Below the pieces are notes generated by a model. It had not been told where the DNA came from. It was given only the letters and a program-made list of their open reading frames with translations, and searched no databases. Positions 12,049 through 22,300 of a stretch of DNA of 64,000 nucleotides are shown piece after piece. Positions within the stretch are counted from its first letter, which is position 1, and every line of letters starts with the position of its first letter. Origin of the DNA: Phoronis australis. Its lineage: Eukaryota > Animalia > Phoronida. The translations under genes were made by a program, and so were the position numbers. The stretch covers positions 462,018 through 526,017 of the forward strand of contig NMRA01000043.1 of NCBI GenBank assembly GCA_002633005.1, given 5' to 3'.

Positions 12049-14491
12049 TATCATGGATGCGCATGAAGATCGCCGGTTGACCCAGCCCAAAATGGGAGGG
12101 GGCTCTCGAATTTTTGAGAATGTGGACCTTTTACTAAGATTCACAGCGGTGTAGGTTCAGAGCCATGAATTGTGCATTCGCCGAATTTTGGAAGTTCCTG
12201 CCTTTCTAGTGTACCTTTGTTTCGTTTTTTCTACTCGAAGTTTGTAATTGTTTCTCTGAGGCGGACTGAACCTTTTCAGTGGCCACCTTTTGCCAAATAG
12301 GGGGCACCGTTCGAGCCGCCCCTGGGTGCGCGCATGTGTTGTTAGCTACAAAAAACAGTAGGTTGATTTGGAGTGACCACTAAACCAAGTACAAGTTTCT
12401 AAATGCAGTACCAGATAGTCTTAATTGGTTCTGCAGTGTAAAAATATTGCTGCCTTGTCACTAATTTGAGCCGCACTGAAGCCTGAGCCCTCCGTGTTCG
12501 CGTGTTTGCCGGCTCAACTAGTTTGGAGGGACAGTGAACCAGTCCCTCTTTTTGAAGGTTTATCCCACTTTCTGCCCACGGCATTAAGATGTCCTTTTTG
12601 ACACACATTGAACTTGTGATTTACCACGAATTCACTCCTTTAAGTTTCTCAGTTCCCGTGTTGTTGGGAGGTACTAGTTTGCGTCTGTTTCGGCTGACAT
12701 TTCACTTCAGAGTCTCGTTTGTTCAGATGTTCCGGCTCCTATATATGTGTCTGTCGAAACAAATTGTCGGAAAATTACTCAAACATTTGGTCTTCACCCA
12801 GCCGACATAGATCACAGTCAAATCGAGTTGCATTACCAGAAAGTTAATGGGTGCGTTAGTTTCAACTCAAGAGATTTTGAAAACTGGACAAGTGCGATGA
12901 AATTTGCGACGGCCGGATCTGACTATCCAAAATTAGGTTCACGCACGGACGCAATTTTTTTTAACTGAAGGCGTGGGAACTATTGCACCTTTATCAGTAC
13001 AAATAGCCTACACACGGGGCCACGGAAAGCGGTTTTAACAATTAAAATTGTGTAGCGCAACTGCTTTTGTTCAATCGTGTTACCCCGTGCAGAGACTCGG
13101 AAGTAAAGCCTAAACTAAATTCACGTGGAACTTTTTTCACGAGTTAAAATATAATGCTTCACTGGCTGGGGTGGGCTTAATGCTGATTTGTTATTCTTGG
13201 GACTAGATGCGCGTATACACGGCTGATTCAGTACGTGTTTGACTACACCAATAGAAAACTTCAGAGCATTCACTGAAGTAACCGGGTATGTTGCAACCTG
13301 GCAACTGGGCTTGCAGCTGCAGTTTTGTGAAACTGAATAAAATAGGCCTATCATTCTGACATAGTACATTCACCTATGTTTGTATGATGTTTCATGAAAA
13401 ATATTTTTGTTTTTGAGAATCAAATGTGACAGCTTTCAATGCATTTCGCCCTGTTAAGCTCGCTGAGAAATCGAAAATCGAATTTTAATTCCATACTTAA
13501 AAGCATCTTACTGTTATGAAATCGGTCTCGTAAGAGCCATGATAGAATCTCCGTGATTTGCGGTCGAGAAGAGTATCAAAACCATAAGCGACCCCGGAAA
13601 ACGCTTCAGATGGCGTGGCTAATCAATCTTTAGATTGCGAGTTCAAAAATGGTACATATAGGCATTGCCTGTGACTTGAATTGCCAGCTGCGATCAGTCA
13701 ACGGAAATAGAACCCTATCACGGTAAGGAATATTTAGGGAGATTTTGTAAGAGTACTTGTCCAAATCGATTTTCGTTTTTAGTCAAATAAACAGCTAAGA
13801 CGAAATGCAGCTTTAAATGAAGCTATCTGGGGTAAAAATCGTTACGGTAACCGCGCTTATTCGATCTTCGGTTGTTGCCGAATGTACCGACAACTCAAGT
13901 CACAGTCAACGTGTAAACTGCATTTTCGAATTCGAAATTTTAGGATTGGCCAAACCCTAATAAACTCTAGTAGCGTTTTCTTGAGTCGCTAATGGTTTGG
14001 ACGTTCTACAGAATCTTATCACGGTGAGGGCGATAGTGTGAGAGTAACAGACTTAAAAGGAATGTGGTTGAGTTTACATATACTTGTCTAGATACCTTTT
14101 GTGCATGTTCAACTGACGTTTACTGAAACTCGTCCGTTTTAGCATAGAACCTAGAATTTAAGGACTATTTTAATTCGTCGTCTCCTAAATATGGAAACAT
14201 TTGTTTTTAAATAAACATGTTAATTTCTCGAGAACAGATGATACCTTGCCAGTTTCCTTGGATTGACCATAATCATGGGATTCTCAGTATAATTGTTCAG
14301 TAAAATCATTCTTAATGTATCTGAGTTCGTTGGTACACACTAGAATATCATCACCAGCAAAACTAATAATTTTTACATGACAATTGACAAATGTGTTCAA
14401 CAGAACTGTCTCGGTGCAGAGCCTTGGGGAGGCGGGCAGCTACTTCTAGAAGTATTTACTTTCGCATGTTATTGTCCGTCTTGTTCTCTTG

Positions 14492-15211
14492 TTGGATCTG
14501 CTGTGTGTGAACTTCGTTGGATTCCTGCTTAACCTCATTATAGCGTATGCGTGAACTTGACAAGTTCACTCAAATAATCACGTTCACGTTAAAAAATTGC
14601 ACTGCACTAAACCAAATTAATGTGAATAAAGTAACGTAAATTTTTACCAATACTTTTTCAACTAGTGGCGATCTCATTCACGAAACAATAATTCATGTGA
14701 TCATTCACATATCCCTCCGATTCTTTGACACAAGCAGGGGCGGATCTAGAATTTCGAGTTAGGGGGCCAGGGCACGGGAATAACCAGAATTTCGACAGAT
14801 GCGCGCGCCAGCCTAAAATGTGGGGACGCAGAGGCCTCGAATGTTTGGGGTTGCGGACCTGTTGACTAAAAAAATACGGTCACAAAACGGGGTTTCAGTT
14901 TGTTCAGAGCCTATTGCCTTCATGCCCGACGAGCCCCTGCTTGCGCGCACCCGAACTCCCAAATGGTATCTGGTAGAGTATTAGGGGGGAGGGCATGGCC
15001 CCCTTGGCTCCCCCCCCCCCAAATCCGCCACTGACAAGTTTCGCTAAGGAGAAAATGGGTGATCATGAGGCCGATAATTACAAAATCACTTCGTATTGAA
15101 CAAAAGATTTCACTTGACTGCCAAATGAATATTCAATTCCAATATTTCGCATACGCAATCTTGAGATTAAGCACTGAGGATTCTGAGTTCACGCACAGCA
15201 GCTGGATCCAC
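14492..15211. mobile_element. Inverted-repeat element (MITE) with a nested MITE
   Basis: ~70-bp diverged terminal inverted repeats: TGGATCTGCTGTGTGTGAACT...GCGTATGCG versus CGCATACGC...AGTTCACGCACAGCAGCTGGATCCA. Confidence 0.55.
14735..15033. mobile_element. MITE with CAG termini and 5-bp direct flanks
   Basis: Ends CAGGGGCGGAT ... ATCCGCCACTG, flanked by ACAAG on both sides. Confidence 0.75.
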
Positions 15212-15269
15212 TAGGCCTACCTGCCAAAATCTCACCGGCGTTCGTCGGTTCAATCATAGATATCCTACG

Positions 15270-15400
15270 GAGGCCCAAAAATGACATTGAAACAAACAAT
15301 TATTTTACTTTTTTCTCTGCGGAGAAAAAGTGATATATTTTTTCGTCATAACGTCGATTTTTTGCAAATAATTGTGTTGTCAATGTCATCTTAGGGCCTC
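15270..15400. mobile_element. Small foldback MITE
   Basis: GAGGCCCAAAAATGACATTGAAACAAACAATTATTT pairs with AAATAATTGTGTTGTCAATGTCATCTTAGGGCCTC. Confidence 0.6.
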
Positions 15401-15717
15401 TGAGATAATATCATGCTCTGGTAGGCTGTTCAGAAATACACAGCGACTGACCCTAGTAGTGAGACTAGCTTACACCAGAGGGAGAAGCGTGTCTTGAACG
15501 ACTAGATGGCCCGGATGTAAGTTGTTGTGACAAAGATTTGTCGCAAGCCAAAGTTGCTCAGGTTGTCAGGTATAAACTACAATTTCGCTTCGTCCCAAGG
15601 TACCAGTTAGTATTTGTGACATTGACTTCTCTTAACATATTGTTCAATGTGTGATTTATTCCGAATTAGCTAAAATTAGTTTATGCAATATCGTGCGCTG
15701 ATGTAGCCCAAATGGCA

Positions 15718-16763
15718 AATGTGAACATAGCCAGCCAGCTAGCTGTATGAAGACTGTCGTCAAAATACAGCTAGGTCCCACTGCGTGTATTTCATCCGTA
15801 GACCCCGAAATTGCACACAGCCAGGGTAGTTCTGCTCGTCACCTCGCCGTGAAACTTAAATGATTTAGTTTACTCAAGGAAGACTGTAGTTTTTAATGAC
15901 ACCAATTTTGTGTCAGATTTTAATCTTACCACTTTTTTACCCACATCGGTGCAAAGCTGTGTATTTATATAATATTTTATTATATACAGCTTTGTACCAA
16001 GTCTAATGTGAACATAGCCAGCCAGCTAGCTGTATGAAGACTGTCGTCAAAATACAGCTAGGTACCACTGTGTGTATTTCTTCCGTAGACCCCGAAATTG
16101 CACACAGCCAGGGTAGTTCTGTTCGTCACCGCACTGTGAAACATGTATCAACATGTAAAGCTAAAGACCGGACGGGGTGCATGCAAAATCTGGGAATCAA
16201 CCGACACTCACCTTGCCCGTGACAGCAGTTAAAGTGAAAAACAATGCAATAAACGTCATTTTCTTGCGTAACTCCGCCTTTTCTAATAATGAAAAGAATG
16301 TCGTCGTTTTGAAAACAATAAGCTCGTGTCACACGCACGCGCCATTCCCTAAATTTTTTGCAACATCTCTCGGGAGATGAAGCTTGGTAGCAGCAAATTT
16401 CTTCTGAAATTAGGTTTTTTGAAAATTTCGCTATCAAGTGAAACCAGTTCCGATAATTTGTTGTGACGTGTATGCATCCTCACGAAAGAACAACAGTTGA
16501 TTGAAGAATTGGCGAAAAAAACTGGCCAATGGGTGACGCAATATTTCATGGCGCTGAAAGCCGTCGCTAAAGTTCGCTCCACAACTTTAGTAGCAGAATA
16601 ACGGTAGAACGCCATTTTTTCCAACACCGTTAAATAATCTGGTTTACTCAAGGAAGACTAGTTTTTAATGACACTAATTTTGTGTCAGATTTTATCTTAC
16701 CACTTTTTTACCCAAATCGGTGCAAAGCTGTATATTTAGTAAACTGTTTTGTACCAAGTCTAC
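15718..16763 (+). repeat. A-B-A-X-B local tandem duplication
   Basis: Block A at 15718-15855 recurs at 16006-16142. Block B at ~15856-16003 recurs at ~16630-16763. A ~490-bp segment X lies between A and B only in the second copy. Confidence 0.85.
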
Positions 16764-16953
16764 AGAGGGAGCTGTTTATGCCACTTTTACCCAAATATGT
16801 ACCTTATCCACGTTTCTCTGTCCCACGAGAAGTTTAAAATGTGCCCAAATACTGAGTTGTCACAACCATCACAAACTTAACGCCTACTTTGTCATTCTTT
16901 ATCGTTTCGCAAACCACGTTCTTCCAACTACATTTACATAGTGGAGGGCGAAT

Positions 16954-17107
16954 AATGCTCTGACTGGTTGTCCCAAGTCAACGTAGTGTGTATCAACCAA
17001 TAAATGCTCTGACTGGTTGTCCCAAGTCAACGTAGTGTGTATCAACCAATAAATGCTCTGACTGGTTGTCCCAAGTCAACGTAGTGTGTATCAACCAATA
17101 AATGCTC
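16954..17107 (+). repeat. 49-bp tandem repeat x3 with a CCAAT box in each unit (probable ELMOD2 promoter region)
   Basis: Unit AATGCTCTGACTGGTTGTCCCAAGTCAACGTAGTGTGTATCAACCAATA starts at 16954, 17003 and 17052, with a partial unit at 17101. Confidence 0.9.
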
Positions 17108-19145
17108 ATAACTTGAGGTCACCTTATTAGCACATTGTCCGATTGTGTTTGCGGTTGTTCTTATTTGACAGTTCACTGACTCGTGGCGTTGGTTTTGGTG
17201 CTTTTCAAATGAAATTGGTGATTTTGTTTAGTTTAATCTCAAGATCGCGTATGTGCATGTACTTGGCAATCACTGAACAGGTGGAATATTTGTTTTGTGT
17301 AAAGAATGTTTTGAATTATTAGCTTCATGATCAGCCATTTTCCCCTTTATTGGAACTAAAGTCACAGATTGGAAGAGTATGTGTATGGTTAATTATTTGT
17401 TGTTTGATGAAAAAAAGGCCAATAGTTGAATAAAGCCAATAGAGATCAGGCTAGCACGTAATTTGCTTCGGTGCAGTGCACATTTTAATGTGAACGGGAT
17501 TACCGGTATTTGTGTGAACTCGCCACGTTTCTTTGTGTATTCCATTTTGACACATACGCAATCTGGAGAGAAAGCAGGAATCCAAGTTCAAGCACAATAA
17601 CAATACTACGGTCAGCAGGGTCAGTGTCCTATTTTCGGGCCATTTTAGTTCAGAGTCACTTCACGGGTAATTTATTGAGTATTGGAAGAATGTTAAATAG
17701 TTTGTGGAATTATTAAGTCATCAACTGTTGGTTTTGGTTTATCTTTGTTCTAATTTGGATAATTGTAGAGCATCTGGTTGATATCTGAAGCAGTCTTGGA
17801 AAGAATTTTGAGTTTCTGCTTGACCTAGTTCTGTAAGTGACCAATATCTCAGTCCAGTAGTTAACCATGAAGTTTAAGAATAGGGCCTTCCCGTATTACA
17901 CGTGCAGCGATACTTGAATCTGGCTGTATTTACTCACAATGTCACAATGTCCATGAAGCATTTTTGTAGCCTCACGGTTTTTGTGCCATTGCATTTCCGC
18001 ATGTTCTTTGTTATCATATTCTTTACATGTTTTTCTTAGTTGCATTACTCTTTTAGTCCAACAAAGTATTACTGATGTGCTGGCGGGCTACAACCAAGAG
18101 GATTGGAAGTTGAATAAACCTCCAAAAACTATGCACAAGGAAATGTTGACAAAATTCAACTTTAAGACCTTAATAAACCCAGGTTCCATATGCTTAAAGT
18201 TTACTAGCCTCAACTTGTTACACAGATGAGAAGTTAAGTTTGGTCTCCCAAGGAACTGACATGAATTCATTATTACTCGAGAATGTGCTGTGCGAATAAA
18301 ATGGCACATCGTGGCAAGTATTTTGTACCCTAGTGTGAGCATAATTCTTTCATCATTCTTTCCAACTCCAGTTATCACTTTTGATTAAGGAGCAATCTGA
18401 GACTAATTTCATGATGGTGTTAGTGGTCAAAATCAATTTTTGTGATGGAAGTCGGGGGTTTAAATGCACTTTAATTCATTATCTATGAATGATGTGTTTC
18501 ACATACAAACTTTAGAACATCCCATATGACAATATGTAGCAAGTGCATCTCTGAGACAACTTCATAAACAAAAAGTTGACAGATTGTGGAAAGCAGTAGT
18601 ACATTTGTACATTGATGACGTTTTGTGACTGCTTGTACACAGTTCCAAACTTATTGCAGCTAAGTAGTAAAGCATGGTCAGGGATTGTCTGTGTTGCTGT
18701 CAAGTCTTCTGTTCTCAGTCAGCTGGATGTCGTGGGTTAGCAGGGTGTTGACTCCCAAATTCTATTCACCAAACACTGCTCTTAGGGTAGCAAAATTTGC
18801 TAGTCCAAAGGATATTTTTGATCGTCTTTTGGCAACACGATGGATAGTGATGCCATTTTCGTTTTCGCTGTTGTCAATGGGAGTAAAAAGAGGACATTTT
18901 GAACACTGGTATGACTGTCGCCAGCCCTCTCCTCACCCTAAACCTGTAAGAGTTGAATAAAATAAAAAAAAAAACAAATCCCACATTATTTTTGCATTTG
19001 TGAGGTGGAATTTCTTTTTTGAAAGTGTTCGACTAAAAATACTGCAACATTGACTTGATTTTTTAAGAAAAAAAACAACACCAGTATGCTGAAAGTTAAG
19101 TACTCAGGAGAATTTTAACTACGAATTGTTAAATTTCACTTTCAG

Positions 19146-19336
19146 GTTTTCACCATTGACCCAGTATCCACCATCTATGGTGCTTTCTTTCCTCTGGGAA
19201 CATGTTTGGCCCAGTATCTTCCTGACAATCCTTAGGCCGATGTTCAAGTGGATTGTGGGAAAAGTTACTGGGAAGTGTGAGCTGCTTCGCATATGTTACT
19301 CAAACACACAAGGAGCGGATCGAACTTATGGCATAG
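19146..19336 (+). CDS. ELMOD2: ELMOD2 first coding exon (ATG at 19177); preceded by an acceptor, so an upstream 5'UTR exon is likely
   Basis: Acceptor TTTCAG| at 19145. MVLSFLWEHVWPSIFLTILRPMFKWIVGKVTGKCELLRICYSNTQGADRTYGI. Donor G|GTGATT. Confidence 0.9.
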
Positions 19337-22300
19337 GTGATTAGAACCTTACTTCTTGCAGCATGATTTTATATATGCTAATTTTTAATGTATTTACAAA
19401 CTGAGCTAATAACAGACATTTTTCTTTATCTTTATTTCTGCTGAGAAATTTGAGAAAACTTCACTTGTTTGCCATATTGTGTGAATAATTACCATAATCA
19501 TTATAAAAGTTTGAATAATTACCATAATCATTATAAAAGTGTGAATAATTACCATAATCATTATAAAAGTGTGAATAATTACCATAATCATTATAAAAGT
19601 TTGATGCTGCTGTTACCAAGCTAGTGACCAAAAGCTTCTGTCCACACCAAATGTGCATTTAAGAGTTTAATTTTAAGTAAATTAATAAGGTCTGTTTGTT
19701 GGTTTATTTTTTACCAATAGTCAATGTAGCTGTTTTCTGTTCCACTTGATTTTAATTCGTGCATAGGTAATAACCTGTTGCTCATAGATTATATGTGTTG
19801 TGACAGTCATAAATATTTGCTTTGTTGCAATTTTGCTTCTTTCTAGTTGGGAGGAAATTGTTTCGTTCCCGATCCATATTGGTTTTCCCCTCTGATGGAA
19901 AAATTACAAAATATTGCAAAAATCAGATTTGGGCTGCCATACTTCCTGTTAAAACCAACTTTCAGTTAGCGTGAATTCTTTTTCTGCAAATGATGTTCTG
20001 AGCTGTTCAACTTTTTTAATAAAATCCTTTTGGTATATTTTATCATTCCTTCTGCATTTGCCTGCTAAGTACATTGCATGTGAGTGTTTGTTTTTAATCC
20101 TGTTTTCTACAAAAATATTGCAAATGTGCTATCAATTACAGGACCAATTACCAGAATGCTGATTATGATTTGCAAGTTATATGTTTTGGTTAGCTCACTG
20201 GGAAGCACTTGTCTGGGGGTTTTATAATACAACTGTACAGTGTGTTTTGTTAACTGGGCTGTGTTGGTCATGTGTGTGCGCAGGCCTGCTGTATTCTTCA
20301 ATTGGTTGTATTTTGCTGTGAAGGAAGTTAGCTAATTGTTAACTGCTTTTGAAGTTTGAGGCTGAATGGTGGTTTGGTGCCCTCAAAGTTTCCTGCTCCA
20401 TCCAACAACTATCTTGTGTCAGATACATTTAAAAACAACAGGGTTCTAGCAAATCTAAATCTCTGGACAGTCTCTAAGCTTGGATTTCACATGTTTTTAT
20501 TGAATATGAGGTCTTCATACCCCTTGGTGTGAGAGCTCATTGCTCATGCTTGAAATGAAAACAACTGCATCTTATGCACATTGAAGTTGATGTGGTATAG
20601 GGAGTCAACCATCATGAAAGCCGACCTTTTACTGTCACTTATGTCCTGTTGAACTTAATGATTACAAAATTGGGTGAGAGCACTAAATATCTCAACCAGC
20701 ATATTTTGTTGTGTAATTTTGGCCAATCGTTTCCTGACTTGCTGGAGATTACCAGTAAAATTGCTAGGTCTGGCCTTCACTGTTTTCACTTTGAAGTGTT
20801 TATGTAAGCATTATTTGTGGATGGTGGTTTGAAGGAAAAAGTTGTCAGTTTTGATCTGTATAATCTGTTTTGTATTGTCCGTGATAGCCCAAAACATAAA
20901 TTTTTTAAATGCTTTTCATCGCCATAAACAATTGTATGTATCATGACTGCAAATATTCAAAGTGCTTCAAAATACCGTCAAATCCTGGTCAGTGTAGTTT
21001 TACCTCTGAGCTGTGTGGAAAGGATTATCAAAGCTTTTGAAGGAATTGATAAGTAACACTGCTGGCATAGCCAGAGTTATTCAACAGTTGGCTATGGGGG
21101 GGAGGGATGTGTTGAGTAGCAACCAGGGAGCTCTTTGCACGGGGTGGTGGACGTAGAATTGAAATGAGCTGTGAGCTATGTTCGAGGCCAGGGTGTCAGA
21201 TTTTATTGAGATACTGAAACTTCATATTGGCACTGTTTTGAATCTGTAATCACCAATTCCTTTGTGTTCTCTCTTGTAGAATACAGTCTCAAACACTCTA
21301 AGACGGGAGCCCTGAAACAGATTCTAGTTGACGATGACGTAAATATTGAAAGTGTTGTCTCCACTATTATGACCATCAAACTGGTTAAACCTGAAGTGCA
21401 TCCGCAGTAAGTGCTGTTTGTTATCTTGTCATTGTCAGACTTTAAGGAAGGCCTGATGCTCCCTTTGTCATAGTCAGACTTTAAGGAAGGCCTGATGCTC
21501 CCTGCTGGATATAAGGCATTCTACTGCACCTCGATGACTTAAAAAATTAAATTCAACACCTCGCTTCACATTATGTAGCATGAGCGGATAACAATCTTTC
21601 AACTCCATTTGTTGGATAAGATATTAAGCAAAGTGGGCTTCCAACTGAAAGGCAGTGGGTTCAACCTCTGGCAGCTGTAGTCCTGTAGGTGTGCCCTTGA
21701 GCAAGGCACTTAAAACCTTTTTGCTTCAGTAGACTTCTCTGTACATGAGTACCAGCTAAGACTGAGAAGGGACCAGTGACAGCATAGGCCCTACCAGATG
21801 ATCTGAATGGGAAAGCCAATATTTTGATGTTAACTTCACTGAATCCAGATCCCCGGATATCTTAAGAAACTTTAATCATTGTTAGTGACAAAGGAACTGT
21901 GTTCAACAGCATGTCTAGTCTGTTTGGTCTTGCAAGAGCAAGATGTGGCAAACAGATTGTCGGGGGCCCATTACATCACGTTTTTTATGCGCCCACACTT
22001 ATATGTGGACGCATTATGCCGTCATCTCCGTTGGTCCGTCCGTCTGTGCGGCGTCCGTCCGGCGTCCGCTGCTTTATCTCCAAAACCCTTTGACATACGT
22101 TCATGAAATTTGGCACATATGTTCCATTCATAAATGGGACGGCATGTGCAATTTTTCGGACGGATCCGACTACCGGTGTGCCCCCTAGTGGCAATTTTAG
22201 TTTTTTACGCTTACCTTTGTATCTTCAAAAGTCCTGATTAACGGATTTTCATGAAATTTGGTATGTAGGCACCTATTAGTGAGATGACGCTATCCTCCCG

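Noticed and set aside
16954-17107. CRISPR-like appearance of this and other short tandem arrays (19479, 23838, 26048, 37401)
   Set aside because: Units are contiguous with no unique spacers, there are no cas genes, and the context is eukaryotic.
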